The notes beneath the pieces are model-generated. The model did no database searches. It saw nothing but the letters and a program-made list of their open reading frames with translations, and was not told where the DNA came from. Made by a program: the position numbers and the translations under genes. This document shows, piece by piece, positions 8,733-18,770 of a stretch of DNA of 35,258 bases. Source of the DNA: Candidatus Hermodarchaeota archaeon (GTDB lineage Archaea; Asgardarchaeota; Thorarchaeia; Thorarchaeales; Thorarchaeaceae); contig JBHLLF010000027.1 in NCBI GenBank assembly GCA_048885865.1, positions 1 through 35,258 of the forward strand, written 5' to 3'. Numbering within the stretch: position 1 is the stretch's first letter; every line of letters starts with the position of its first letter.

Positions 8733-9113
8733 CTATTGCATCGCAATCGCTTCTATCTCGATATCTACATCCTTTGGCAATCTGGCCACTTGCACTGCTG
8801 CTCTGGCTGGTGGATTCTCACCAAACCACTTTGCGTATTCTTCGTTCATCTCGCTGAAGTCATCCATGTCTTTCAGGAACACAGAGACCTTGACAACTTT
8901 ATCCATGCTTGTGCCAGCAGCCTCAAGAACTGCTTTGATATTCTTCAGCGCCTGCCTGGTCTGGTCAGTAATGGAGCCTGTTACCATCTCATCCTTTTCC
9001 CGGTCATAGGGTATCTGCCCTGAGCAGAATACAAAGCCGTTTGCCTTGACACCTTGTGAATAAGGACCAATTGCCTTTGGTGCCTTATCTGATGATACTA
9101 CTTCTCGACTCAT
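8733..9113 (-). CDS. ridA: RidA/YjgF/UK114 reactive intermediate deaminase
   Basis: [37 protein letters not shown]. Confidence 0.95.
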   Translation of the reverse strand: MSREVVSSDKAPKAIGPYSQGVKANGFVFCSGQIPYDREKDEMVTGSITDQTRQALKNIKAVLEAAGTSMDKVVKVSVFLKDMDDFSEMNEEYAKWFGENPPARAAVQVARLPKDVDIEIEAIAMQ

Positions 9114-9159
9114 TGGAGTTCATGTAGTGCGGCATCAATCTTCAGCATTAATGTAGCGG

Positions 9160-10137
9160 TCAATGCCTCACTGGGGGCGGTGGAGGTACCGCATGTCCTC
9201 CGACAATCCTGGTGCCGGTTTCTCCCCGAAGGGCCTTGGTGATGTTTGGAGGATCGGTGATTATAGCCATCTCTCCGCCATTCTTGATGAACTCGATGCA
9301 TGCCTCAACCTTTGGCTTCATACTTCCTGGAGCAAAGTGTCCCTCGTCTAGATATCTTTGAGCCTCAATATGATCCATCTTATCAATCGCCTCTTGATTT
9401 TCCTCACCGAAATTGAGATACACCTTTTCAACAGCAGTTGAAATTAGAAGGAGGTCTGCGTCAAGCCCGGTAGCGAGAAGACTTGATGCTCTGTCTTTAT
9501 CGATAACAGCCGCAACGCCTTCGAGCTGACCATCGGTGCCTGCAACAACGGGGATTCCCCCTCCACCCACTGCATAAACGATAATGCCGTTCTTGTTGAG
9601 AGTTTTGATTGCCAGAAGTTCAATAATCTCTTTGGGGATAGGTGAGGCTACGACTCTTCTCCACCCCCTTCCAGAGTCCTCCCTAATTTGCCAGTTGTTC
9701 GCCTCAGCACGCTTCTTTGCAGTCTTCTCATCCATGAATGAACCGATGGGCTTTGCTGGGTTCTCAAATGCTGGATCGTCTCGGGCAACTCTTACTTGCG
9801 TTACCACTGTTGCAACATGCTTGTCGATTGTCCGCTTATGGAACTCATTGTAAAGTGCCCGCTGAATCATATATCCAATTGCACCTTGTGTGTCAGCTCC
9901 GCAATAATCCAGAGGCACCGGATGGAGCTCATGTTCAGAGAGTTCTGACCTACGGAGAATGAACCCAACCTGTGGGCCATTGCCTGAAGTGATGACTACA
10001 TCCCACCCTTCAGCTATCATATCCGCTATGTGTTTGCAGGTTTCCGCTGTGGCGGCATATTGATCAGGAACCGTCTTCTTCGTCTTATCTCGAATGAGAG
10101 AATTTCCGCCTATTGCGACTACAGCCTTCTTTGTCAT
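9160..10137 (-). CDS. arcC: Carbamate kinase
   Basis: VAIGGNSL, GNGPQVG, ADTQGAIGY, PAKPIG, GRGWRRVVASP, GGGGIPV, VIDKD, GHFAPGSMKPKVEA. Confidence 0.96.
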   Translation of the reverse strand: MTKKAVVAIGGNSLIRDKTKKTVPDQYAATAETCKHIADMIAEGWDVVITSGNGPQVGFILRRSELSEHELHPVPLDYCGADTQGAIGYMIQRALYNEFHKRTIDKHVATVVTQVRVARDDPAFENPAKPIGSFMDEKTAKKRAEANNWQIREDSGRGWRRVVASPIPKEIIELLAIKTLNKNGIIVYAVGGGGIPVVAGTDGQLEGVAAVIDKDRASSLLATGLDADLLLISTAVEKVYLNFGEENQEAIDKMDHIEAQRYLDEGHFAPGSMKPKVEACIEFIKNGGEMAIITDPPNITKALRGETGTRIVGGHAVPPPPPVRH

Positions 10138-10330
10138 TCAAATCATCTCACTTGAACAGAGGTCAATTTGGGGACATTATTCCTAATTAACGATTTCTCC
10201 ATGCCTAGTTTACTGATATTATGTTCGTGGATCATTTAGGTGTCAAAATAGCAATGGCAGCGATGATGACTATGAAGGAAAGTGAGAACGAACCGGGAGA
10301 AGGGCATGGCTTATTAGCATAGAGCCAGTT

Positions 10331-10543
10331 GTGGGAGTGCGTGGATGTGTTATCGTGGATTGCGACAGAATGCTGGTTTTGTTGCTATATACATTCATAT
10401 TCTCAATGCTGTGGTTTGTACTACTGAGTTTGACAATTCTGCCGAGCATTGGAATTGTTTCGGACCGATTGCTAGAAATATCTCTAAGCTTGATTTTAGG
10501 AGTCATAACAGCGGCTTTGGCATATGCTGCACAACAGAAATGA
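10331..10543 (+). CDS. Small two-TM membrane protein or gene remnant
   Basis: Two hydrophobic stretches, LVLLLYTFIFSMLWFVLLSLTIL and LLEISLSLILGVITAALAYAA; start uncertain (ATG 10370 possible). Confidence 0.35.
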   Translation: MGVRGCVIVDCDRMLVLLLYTFIFSMLWFVLLSLTILPSIGIVSDRLLEISLSLILGVITAALAYAAQQK

Positions 10544-10751
10544 TAGGCGTTCTCCACGAGTGACAGGAGGGTTGTTAGAAACATCGATTTTGGGGCATCA
10601 ATCCTAATTAGACGAATTGGTTGACTTGGTTTTTGGGGTTCAATGCTTGAGTGGGATTGATAACGCAATCTTCGCGACATTATCGCTGAGAAATGAGGCA
10701 TGTTAAAAGTCATTGTGTATTTTCGAGTGCTGTAAGGAAGATGAAGCAACG

Positions 10752-12809
10752 ATGACCAAAGATGAACTTAGACCTGACATTGATGTTGACAAAATCACCT
10801 CCAAGAAGAATGCCAAGCATGCTATCAGTAGATTATCAAAATCCATCAGGTATCACAATCATAGATACTATGTTCTTGATTCACCAGTGATTGATGACTC
10901 AGAGTATGATGCATTGTTGCTGAATTTGATAGCTCTTGAGGAGAAATTCCCTGAGCTTCGGAGTTCTGACTCGCCAACGCAAAAGGTCGGCGGAGAGCCG
11001 CTATCAGAATTGGGGATCGTCGAGCACGCAATTCCTATGCTGAGTCTTCAGACAGTCTACGAAGAATCGGTGGTTCGAAAATTCGATACTAGATGTCGAA
11101 CCGAATTGGGTGTGGATGATGTTGAGTACATTGCAGAGCCCAAGTTTGATGGTCTTGCAGTCGAACTGATCTATGAGAATGGCTCGTTGACTGTTGCATC
11201 CACTAGGGGCGATGGTCAGACTGGCGAGGATGTCACTGCAAATGTGAAGACAATTCGAGAACTGCCCCTTGTCCTGCTTGATGACGATGATGATGACATT
11301 CCATCTCGCATTACAGTTCGCGGTGAGGTGTATATGGGGCTTGAGGATTTTGAGAAATTGAATGTCCAACGCGAGGCCGCTGACGAGCCAATCTTTGCTA
11401 ATCCGCGCAACGCGGCAGCTGGTTCCATAAGGCAACTGGATCCCAAGATTACAGCCAGTAGACCACTCCGGATATACATCTACGATGTGATGGAATCTGA
11501 AGGACGAGCTTTCGATACGCAATGGCAGGTGTTGGAATCTCTACCCAAATGGGGTCTCCCAACTCAGATTATACTCTCTCGACTCTGCCGAGGTGTTGAC
11601 GAGCTTCTAGAGTATCATCGTGAACTCGAAGGCAAAAGAGATGACCTAGCCTTTGAAATAGATGGAGTAGTCTTCAAGGTCAACTCCAAGTCGAATCAGG
11701 AGAGGATGGGTTTCAGAGCTAGAGACCCTCGATGGGCTATTGCCTACAAATTCAAGCCGAGGGCGGCAACAACCAGGCTGCTTGATATCAAGGTGCAGGT
11801 AGGAAGAACTGGCCGACTCACACCAGTAGCTGAACTTGATCCCGTTAACATAGGTGGAGTCACAGTCAGCAGAGCATCACTCCACAATCAGAGTGAGATT
11901 GAACGTAAAGACATCCGAATTGGCGATACTGTCATTGTTATTCGAGCTGGTGATGTTATACCACAGGTTGAGCGTCCAGTTCTTGACTCAAGGGATGGTT
12001 CTGAAAGAGTGTTTGACATGCCAATGACATGCCCTATCTGCAACTCTCCAATCCATATGAGCAATGATAAGAAGTTGGCTCAGTGTCCAAACCTCAATTG
12101 TCCTGCTCAGCTACGAAGAAGCATCAAGCATTTTGCATCTCGCAGTGGCATGGATATAGAGGGACTTGGGTCTAAGCGCGTAGACCAGCTCGTTGATGCT
12201 GGGATTGTGACAAGTCTCCATTCTCTCTATACACTGGATATTGATGACCTATTGGGCTTGGAGCGATTTGGAGAGCGTCTTGCCCTCAAGCTTCTTGAAC
12301 AGATTGAAGCCTCAAAGAGCCTTCCTCTAAATCGATTCATCTTTGCACTTGGGATACCAAATGTTGGAGAACAGACAGCGAAGATTCTTGCCGACAACTT
12401 CGAGTCTGTTAGCGAGCTGATTTCTGCAACTGAAAGCGACCTGTCAAGACTTGATACAATTGGGCCTGAAATTGCCAGAAGTATTGTAGAGTACTTTCAA
12501 TATGAAGATACGAGAAGTATGGTTGAGGATTTGGTTGAGGCGGGCTTGGGAAAGAAGACAGTTCTTGAAGAAGCTGCTCAGACTCTAGCTGGTAGTACGT
12601 TCGTATTTACTGGGGCTTTGGAGAAAATGAATAGAAGCAAAGCAAAGGAATTGGTCGAGAGTCTTGGTGCGAAGACTTCCTCAAGCGTGTCCAAGAATAC
12701 GACCTATGTTGTAGCAGGCCCTGGCGCAGGCTCAAAGCTTGAGAAGGCAAAGAAGCTTGGCATTGAAATTCTCAGTGAAGATGAGTTCATTGATCTGGTT
12801 GGTTTCTAG
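10752..12809 (+). CDS. ligA: NAD-dependent DNA ligase
   Basis: YHNHRYYVLDSP, PMLSL, adenylation motif EPKFDG, TRGDG, NPRNAAAGSIRQLD, PRWAIAYKF, VGRTGRLTP, C4 zinc finger (CPIC...CPNLNC), HhH, BRCT (FVFTGAL...GSKLEKAKKLGI). Start moved to ATG 10752. Confidence 0.97.
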   Translation: MTKDELRPDIDVDKITSKKNAKHAISRLSKSIRYHNHRYYVLDSPVIDDSEYDALLLNLIALEEKFPELRSSDSPTQKVGGEPLSELGIVEHAIPMLSLQTVYEESVVRKFDTRCRTELGVDDVEYIAEPKFDGLAVELIYENGSLTVASTRGDGQTGEDVTANVKTIRELPLVLLDDDDDDIPSRITVRGEVYMGLEDFEKLNVQREAADEPIFANPRNAAAGSIRQLDPKITASRPLRIYIYDVMESEGRAFDTQWQVLESLPKWGLPTQIILSRLCRGVDELLEYHRELEGKRDDLAFEIDGVVFKVNSKSNQERMGFRARDPRWAIAYKFKPRAATTRLLDIKVQVGRTGRLTPVAELDPVNIGGVTVSRASLHNQSEIERKDIRIGDTVIVIRAGDVIPQVERPVLDSRDGSERVFDMPMTCPICNSPIHMSNDKKLAQCPNLNCPAQLRRSIKHFASRSGMDIEGLGSKRVDQLVDAGIVTSLHSLYTLDIDDLLGLERFGERLALKLLEQIEASKSLPLNRFIFALGIPNVGEQTAKILADNFESVSELISATESDLSRLDTIGPEIARSIVEYFQYEDTRSMVEDLVEAGLGKKTVLEEAAQTLAGSTFVFTGALEKMNRSKAKELVESLGAKTSSSVSKNTTYVVAGPGAGSKLEKAKKLGIEILSEDEFIDLVGF

Positions 12810-12816
12810 GAGCGAA

Positions 12817-13548
12817 TTAGTCGTCCCGTTTCTCTCTAAGCCACTCCTCGCTGTAAGCTGATTCCATCTCAGCAGCACCGAAGACGGTCTTTCCAGTCAT
12901 TCCGTCGACTAGCGTTTTCGTTCGAAACAGAAGCTTTCTGTCCTTTTGAGTCAATTCCTTGGCGAATTCCATTGTCTTCTCGAGAAGATCAGCGTGTTCG
13001 AAGACTCTATCAGCGAGGCCAATCTGCAAAGCTTCTTCAGCTTCAATTGTTCTTCCTGAAAGCAAGAGATCCTTTGCTCTTGATGGCCCCACTAGATGGA
13101 GCAGATTCGAGGCTGCACCCATTCCTGGGAAAATACTGAGATCAATCTCTGGAAAACGGAGCGCGCCAGTTTTAGTGAAGAACCGAAAGTCACAGGCAGA
13201 GGCTACCATGGCACCAAACCCAACTGCATAGCCATTTATTGCTGCAAGAGTAATGCAGGTCTTGGCCTCTCGTATCGTCTTTGTCGTCTTCTCTAAAAGG
13301 AGAAAGAAGTCCATGTAAGCATCCGGAGCTAGGCCCATCATCATCTCCAAATCAAAGCCCGCAGAGAACGCCTTCTCACCCACTCCAGTGAAGATAATCG
13401 CCGCAATAGCAGGGTCATTAGTCAATTGAGAAGCCTTCTCCTCAAATGAAACGAACATATCATAAGTTACTGAGTTGAGTTTGTCTGGTCTAGATATTGT
13501 AACTATAGCAATAGGGTCTTCTCGCGTAACGATAATCTCGCCGTCCAT
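12817..13548 (-). CDS. Enoyl-CoA hydratase/isomerase (crotonase) family protein
   Basis: ISRPDKLNS, AFSAGFDL, AAINGYAVG, ACDFR, FPEIDLSIFPG, AEEALQIGL. Confidence 0.92.
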   Translation of the reverse strand: MDGEIIVTREDPIAIVTISRPDKLNSVTYDMFVSFEEKASQLTNDPAIAAIIFTGVGEKAFSAGFDLEMMMGLAPDAYMDFFLLLEKTTKTIREAKTCITLAAINGYAVGFGAMVASACDFRFFTKTGALRFPEIDLSIFPGMGAASNLLHLVGPSRAKDLLLSGRTIEAEEALQIGLADRVFEHADLLEKTMEFAKELTQKDRKLLFRTKTLVDGMTGKTVFGAAEMESAYSEEWLREKRDD

Positions 13549-13636
13549 TTTGACTCACAGCCTTTCCTCAGCTTGGTTTTTTCATCACATTAACTATGAA
13601 TAAAGGCTTTCGGGATAAAGCGTTGACTCTCAAAAA

Positions 13637-15649
13637 TCACGAATTCTCAGTTGCACTTCGCCATTTTAGGAAGAAGACAGCTGCAGCCATTGCGACGATG
13701 CCTATTCCCACTCCCGCTGCAAGCGCCACTGCAAACAATGGCTCTAATGAAGGGGGGGCAGTTCTAGCTGGGGTCACCGTGATGATTAGAGTTGCTGAGC
13801 AATAGTTGGCAAAAGGATCATAGGCTCTCACCTCAAGGCTGTATACTCCTACATCAAGAATTGTGGCATTTGTGATAAGCCCTGATTCATCAATTGCAAA
13901 GTTTACGGTATCGCTAATCCAGTAATTCTCAATATTTGATTCATCCCATGCGCTCATCTGCTTTGAGAATGGTTCTCCAAACTCAAGCGTTTCAGTTAGT
14001 GATGCAATGACCCAAGACGGTGATGTTGTATCAGCAGCCGGTTGTCTAATGATTACTCCAAATACTGATGATAGCTTGTTATTGTGGGCGTCAAAGACGC
14101 TGATATTGAGTGCGTAGGAACCGGGGTCAAGAACGGAGGCGTTAGTCAATCGTGCAGTACTGCCCCCTTCATAGTAATACTCTGTAATTGCAAACTGAAT
14201 TGTGTTGTTGAGGATCCAGCCTGCGATTCCTGATGGATCACTAGCTACCACATAGTAATCGAATGCTTCTCGAAATTCAAGCGTCTGAGAGTGCGGTGCA
14301 ATCATCCAATTTGGTGAAACGTCCTCTCTCACTCTGATTGCGAAGTCAGCAGAAATGGAAATTCCATAGATATTGCTTACAACAATTTTGAGGTTATAGG
14401 AGATTGCCTCCAGGAAGTACTTGGATATCAACTGGCCAGTACCATCAATTGTGAAGTGGACCCCGTCACTGACCCACCATGTGATAGGGGACGGAGCGTA
14501 TGCTTGATACAAGGCACTGAATATCTCATCCTTCTGCTCTATTGTGACATCCTCCGGAGCTATAATCCATATTGGAGGAGTAGGATTGTACATCAAAGGA
14601 TACGAGTCAATAATGGTTGGAAGAATGTGAGGCGTATCTCCAATTCCGTCGCCATTTGAATCCATGCCTCCATAATCCGACCAGTAATTGTACCAAAACA
14701 CATCTGAGCTAATGCCTGTATTCTCACCATTAGAAACTCTGTTGTCTGCGACTATGTTCCATGAGAACTCGCAATCCGAAGGCCCACCTCCAATGTATAT
14801 CCCATAATCATTATTCACGAATGTGTTATTCGTAATCAAAGAGTTGGATGTACCATCTAGCTCTATTCCACACCATGTATTATTCCTGCATGTGTTGTTG
14901 GCGATTACTCCCCCACTTGAGAAAACGAATCGAATGCCTGCGCCATCACTGAAGAGGCAAGTGTTATTCGATACAGAACAGAAATCCGTGCCATCAACAT
15001 GAATTCCCCACCAATCACTATTATTTATCCAATTCTGACTTACCTTGGACCAAACAACTGCTAACAGCCAGATTCCCTGTGTGTTGCTTTCACAGATGTT
15101 GTCCTCGATAGTATTGTGATGGCCTGAGAAATCCCTGATTCCTTCTTCATTGAATTTGCATGTATTATTGATTATTGAATTATGACTTGACCCAGAATCT
15201 AACCAAATCCCATTCATGTTGGTGCTGCAGTTATTTTTGGAGATCTCAGCATATGACACATTATAGAGGAGAATGCCTGATCCAAGATCAGCACCAGTAA
15301 GGTGACAGCCACTGATCGTGAAGTTGACACGTGTATCTCGAATATAGATGCAATGACCCGTTGGACCACCATGATCAATTTCAAGGCTATCAATAATGAA
15401 TGGACTTTGTGCCGAACCGTTTCCCGGCCATCCTTCCGCCTGTGCTGTGTCGGTAAAATTCTGGTCACTAGTTATGGTTATTGGGGAATGCGGTGTGCGC
15501 GAGGTTATAGTCACAGTCTGGTTCTTCAATTCCATAGTTTCGTGCGTAATCCAATTGACATCTGAGCTTGCAGGAATTTGATACAAGGATAGTAGTAACG
15601 AAACTACAATAGCAAGCGAATAGACATAGAACCTATGCTGCATATGCAA
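13637..15649 (-). CDS. Membrane-anchored surface protein: parallel beta-helix (NosD-like) + three Ig/cadherin-like repeats + C-terminal TM
   Basis: Signal peptide; GWPGNGSAQSPFII; repeated NNTC/GI beta-helix rungs; NYWSDYGGMDSNGDGIGDTPH; repeated PxW...FxIDxxGxI units; TM LFAVALAAGVGIGIVAMAAAVFFL. Confidence 0.88.
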   Translation of the reverse strand: MHMQHRFYVYSLAIVVSLLLSLYQIPASSDVNWITHETMELKNQTVTITSRTPHSPITITSDQNFTDTAQAEGWPGNGSAQSPFIIDSLEIDHGGPTGHCIYIRDTRVNFTISGCHLTGADLGSGILLYNVSYAEISKNNCSTNMNGIWLDSGSSHNSIINNTCKFNEEGIRDFSGHHNTIEDNICESNTQGIWLLAVVWSKVSQNWINNSDWWGIHVDGTDFCSVSNNTCLFSDGAGIRFVFSSGGVIANNTCRNNTWCGIELDGTSNSLITNNTFVNNDYGIYIGGGPSDCEFSWNIVADNRVSNGENTGISSDVFWYNYWSDYGGMDSNGDGIGDTPHILPTIIDSYPLMYNPTPPIWIIAPEDVTIEQKDEIFSALYQAYAPSPITWWVSDGVHFTIDGTGQLISKYFLEAISYNLKIVVSNIYGISISADFAIRVREDVSPNWMIAPHSQTLEFREAFDYYVVASDPSGIAGWILNNTIQFAITEYYYEGGSTARLTNASVLDPGSYALNISVFDAHNNKLSSVFGVIIRQPAADTTSPSWVIASLTETLEFGEPFSKQMSAWDESNIENYWISDTVNFAIDESGLITNATILDVGVYSLEVRAYDPFANYCSATLIITVTPARTAPPSLEPLFAVALAAGVGIGIVAMAAAVFFLKWRSATENS

Positions 15650-15730
15650 TCTCCCACGTTCTATTGCTTGGTTCGACTTTAAATCTATAGTCCGTTCTTA
15701 TCTCGGTTCATCTGAACACCAAAATCTGAA

Positions 15731-16012
15731 TCACTTCGTCCAAACGTGGTCGCGAATAATACCGCTCAATACAACCAAACTAACGAAGAATCCAAACAAG
15801 GCTTGCCCTAAATCAACGAATATAGAGGTCGGAATGATATAGAGCACAAGGAGGAATGACCAGATAACGAGGATACCTCCCACTATGACGGAAACCTTGC
15901 CTAGCAAATCGACTCTTTCAAGTGTGCGGTCGCCCTTCTGTTTTATGTAAAACAGTCCTAACACAAATGGCAAGACCATCACAATTTGCAGCTGTGTCAC
16001 GAGTGGTATCAA
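15731..16012 (-). CDS. Small three-TM membrane protein
   Basis: 93-aa ORF with three hydrophobic segments; GAGGGAG-like RBS upstream of the TTG start. Confidence 0.6.
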   Translation of the reverse strand: MIPLVTQLQIVMVLPFVLGLFYIKQKGDRTLERVDLLGKVSVIVGGILVIWSFLLVLYIIPTSIFVDLGQALFGFFVSLVVLSGIIRDHVWTK

Positions 16013-16190
16013 GCAGCTCCCTCAAAGCCTCTATGGAACAGTGTATACTTATGCATACCTGAAGGCGTAAACGGGGAGAAACAGTAGGCTTTGTAGTCCT
16101 TGAATACTTGGTACCAGTAGTATCCGTGCATTGGGTTGCTACTAAATGACAATTTCATTTATCTTGTTCAGAACCTGAATCGACATACCG

Positions 16191-16409
16191 ATGAACGAGA
16201 GCAGGTATAGCGCAGCTATTGATGAGATTCAGGCAGCCTTCAGAAGGGCTTCAGCCATTATCAGTAGCTTGGATACTGATGACCCGAAGCAGGCAGAGCG
16301 GCAAAGGCAACTCCTCCTGATATTCTTCGATAGAGTAGGGTATGCTCTGGATGAAATGAATGACCAGTATATTGAATCCGCTAAACGTGTGATAGGAGAA
16401 GAAGGATAG
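16191..16409 (+). CDS. Small helical hypothetical protein
   Basis: 72-aa ATG ORF with helical-hairpin pattern, convergent on the distal iscU remnant. Confidence 0.6.
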   Translation: MNESRYSAAIDEIQAAFRRASAIISSLDTDDPKQAERQRQLLLIFFDRVGYALDEMNDQYIESAKRVIGEEG

Positions 16410-16428
16410 TCTTCATCAAGAACTTGTC

Positions 16429-16500
16429 CTAGGATTGTTTGCTTTCATAGTCTTCGATCGCTTTGTGAAGAGCATCAGCTGCCAGATTGCTGCAGTGCAT
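16429..16500 (-). pseudogene. iscU: iscU 3'-end remnant (24 codons)
   Basis: Translates MHCSNLAADALHKAIEDYESKQS*; 60/72 nt identical to 18771-18842 by manual alignment. Confidence 0.9.
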
Positions 16501-16590
16501 AAATCCGTACACCCTGCTCCTGAACAACCATCATGGGAGTTCATGGATAGAATAGAAAAGAATAGACCAAGGAAACGAAATGCTTACTGT

Positions 16591-17379
16591 CTATATCCAC
16601 TTCTTGTGTAGCGTACCTCGCGCAAATTTGGGTCTATAGCCCTCGAGGAAATCCTTTATTCCGTCCTGATAGGTCATATACACGGGAACGTGATCATATT
16701 TCTGATTGATTCCTGAGCGATTATATGCATGGAATGAATATGGCCAACTTGGTGGGGGGGTTATTTTGATCTTCCTACTCACCTCATAACTGCCGAATTT
16801 CTCAACCCATGCACCTATGTCCAGAAATTCAATTAGATTTCCATAGAGAATGATTTCCGGTATTGATTCCAAATCCGGATACAAATCGATGAATGAGAGG
16901 TCGATGAATCTAATCCGATTTCCTGAAAGATCTATCAACTCTATGTTCTGTGATTCCGATAGTTGGTTTAAATCGAGAGGGTGGTTGTACTCATCTAATT
17001 CAAAATGCGATGGATATTCCCTATTTAATTCACATTCTCTCTTAGTAACAAGTTCATTATTCTGCAAGTCCAAAGTCTTTAATGAGAGAGATTTTGGTAG
17101 GACAATCTCTTTGAGAGAACGGTTATTTTCTACTAGGATAGTTTCTAGTTTCTTCAACGATGAAACTGGCCTAAAGTCCAAAATTGCTATATTTCTGCAG
17201 CCTGTAATTTCCAAACTTTTTAGGTTCTGAAAATTGGCTAGTCCTTTTAGAGAAAGTGATTCCACTGGACCTTTAATTGTGATGTCTTCAACTTCCTGTT
17301 TGTCAGAAATGATTGAGAACTCTACATCATCCAAGTTTTCGAAAATGAATTCTCTCTTCCGTTCCATCCAATTAACCAT
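16591..17379 (-). CDS. Leucine-rich repeat protein
   Basis: LxxLxLxxN-type repeats LKSLEITGC, LETILVENN, LKTLDLQNN, IELIDLSGNRI, IILYGNLI; visibly AT-richer than its neighbours. Confidence 0.85.
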   Translation of the reverse strand: MVNWMERKREFIFENLDDVEFSIISDKQEVEDITIKGPVESLSLKGLANFQNLKSLEITGCRNIAILDFRPVSSLKKLETILVENNRSLKEIVLPKSLSLKTLDLQNNELVTKRECELNREYPSHFELDEYNHPLDLNQLSESQNIELIDLSGNRIRFIDLSFIDLYPDLESIPEIILYGNLIEFLDIGAWVEKFGSYEVSRKIKITPPPSWPYSFHAYNRSGINQKYDHVPVYMTYQDGIKDFLEGYRPKFARGTLHKKWI

Positions 17380-17401
17380 GAGGAATTCGCATTTTGATTT
17401 A

Positions 17402-17613
17402 TCAAATTTCCTGTTTTGATTCGTAATCCTTTATTGCCTTGTGAAGCGCATCAGCCGCCAGATTACTGCAGTGCATTTTCTGAGGAGGAAGTCCATCGAG
17501 GGCGTCAGCGCCATCTTTACGATTCAACTCTTTGCTTCTTCAAGTGTCATGCCTAAAGCCATCTGAGTGGTCACTGAAGAAGTAGCAATGGCAGCGACAC
17601 AACCAAAGGTCTC
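17402..17613 (-). pseudogene. iscU: iscU C-terminal-half remnant with a 1-nt frameshift
   Basis: Translates ETFGCVAAIATSSVTTQMALGMTLEEA/frameshift/ELNRKDGADALDGLPPQKMHCSNLAADALHKAIKDYESKQEI*. Confidence 0.92.
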
Positions 17614-17740
17614 TCTCTTTGATGATTTCCTCCGGCATCATGAAGGATGATGACCACCAATATATGACTTAATAGGAAACAAAACTAACGCACAATTGAA
17701 CAAAGACAGTATAATAGTTCACACTTCCAGGACTTCGGAA

Positions 17741-18715
17741 CTACTCTCCCCTCTTCCAGACATGACTAATTGAGCCTTTTGTCTGTTTGAACCCAACCTT
17801 CTCATAGAGGTTGATTGCCATCTTGTTTTCTATATCGACTTCGAGAATCAATTTGCTTACGCCGCTTTCAGCAGCACGTTTCATACTTGTAAGAATCATC
17901 TTCTTCCCAAGACCCTTTCCTCTGAAATCAGGATGAATTCCTATTCCGTTGAAGAACCCTCCCTCCTCAATGATGATGATTTGATTGTATCCGATTATTC
18001 TCTCACCATACTTCACTAGTATTGATGCATTCTCCACCCTTGACCGAGATTTATCAAAGAACTTCTCAAAATTCTCCTTTCGTTGCGCATCGGTTTGATC
18101 CAGGAAGCGACCGTCACCACTTGACATGAAGGTTTCATAATAACAGGGCCATATCTCCTCGTTTGGCACATCCTTGATTAGCACCAAAGTATGACCTTCA
18201 GGAAATTCAACATCTGGAATCTCCATCTCTGAAACTGAAGCCTCCATATACGCCCATTCTCCTCCTAGAGGCATTCCAGCAGTTTCATACCAATGACGAT
18301 ACTTCTCGTACAAAGAGCGTCTATCTTCTGTCAGGTCCATGAGAAAGACCTCCATCCTGTCTTTGCCGCTACTTCGCGCGTACTTCACACTCTCTTTTAT
18401 CAAGTCGATGGCAATCTTGCTTTCATCAGGACCTGGTGCAACAACTGGATGCCAAGATTCAATGTAGATCATAGAATCCGTATAGTGGAAAAGAAACATC
18501 CATCCAACTATCTCAGAACCCATCATGGCAATGCTGCACCAATCTTTTTGCTGGAAGTAGCTCCCAAATTGATCTCGAATGGAGTCCAAAGTATGAGCGC
18601 TTTTGTGTTCTCTGGCTTGTAGGGCATTGAAGAGAAACTCAGAGATCTTGTTGATATCCACATCTTTGAGTTGCTCTATTTTAGTTGTTATCATGGAATT
18701 AGCTTTAATTATCAT
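17741..18715 (-). CDS. Tandem GNAT-family N-acetyltransferase
   Basis: C-terminal GIHPDFRGKGLGKKMI, LEVDIENKMAINLYEKVGF; degenerate N-terminal GNAT domain. Start may be ATG 18694. Confidence 0.9.
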   Translation of the reverse strand: MIIKANSMITTKIEQLKDVDINKISEFLFNALQAREHKSAHTLDSIRDQFGSYFQQKDWCSIAMMGSEIVGWMFLFHYTDSMIYIESWHPVVAPGPDESKIAIDLIKESVKYARSSGKDRMEVFLMDLTEDRRSLYEKYRHWYETAGMPLGGEWAYMEASVSEMEIPDVEFPEGHTLVLIKDVPNEEIWPCYYETFMSSGDGRFLDQTDAQRKENFEKFFDKSRSRVENASILVKYGERIIGYNQIIIIEEGGFFNGIGIHPDFRGKGLGKKMILTSMKRAAESGVSKLILEVDIENKMAINLYEKVGFKQTKGSISHVWKRGE

Positions 18716-18770
18716 GGTGTAGATTAATCTTCTCTGAGGTACGAATCGTCAAACTACCTGAGAGCACACA

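Noticed and set aside
10270-10749. 159-aa minus-strand ORF
   Set aside because: No recognisable motifs and atypical composition; overlaps a more plausible small TM ORF and the ligA upstream region.
16088-16106. Possible third iscU remnant (gctttgtagtccttgaat)
   Set aside because: Similarity is too short and does not translate convincingly to the IscU terminus.
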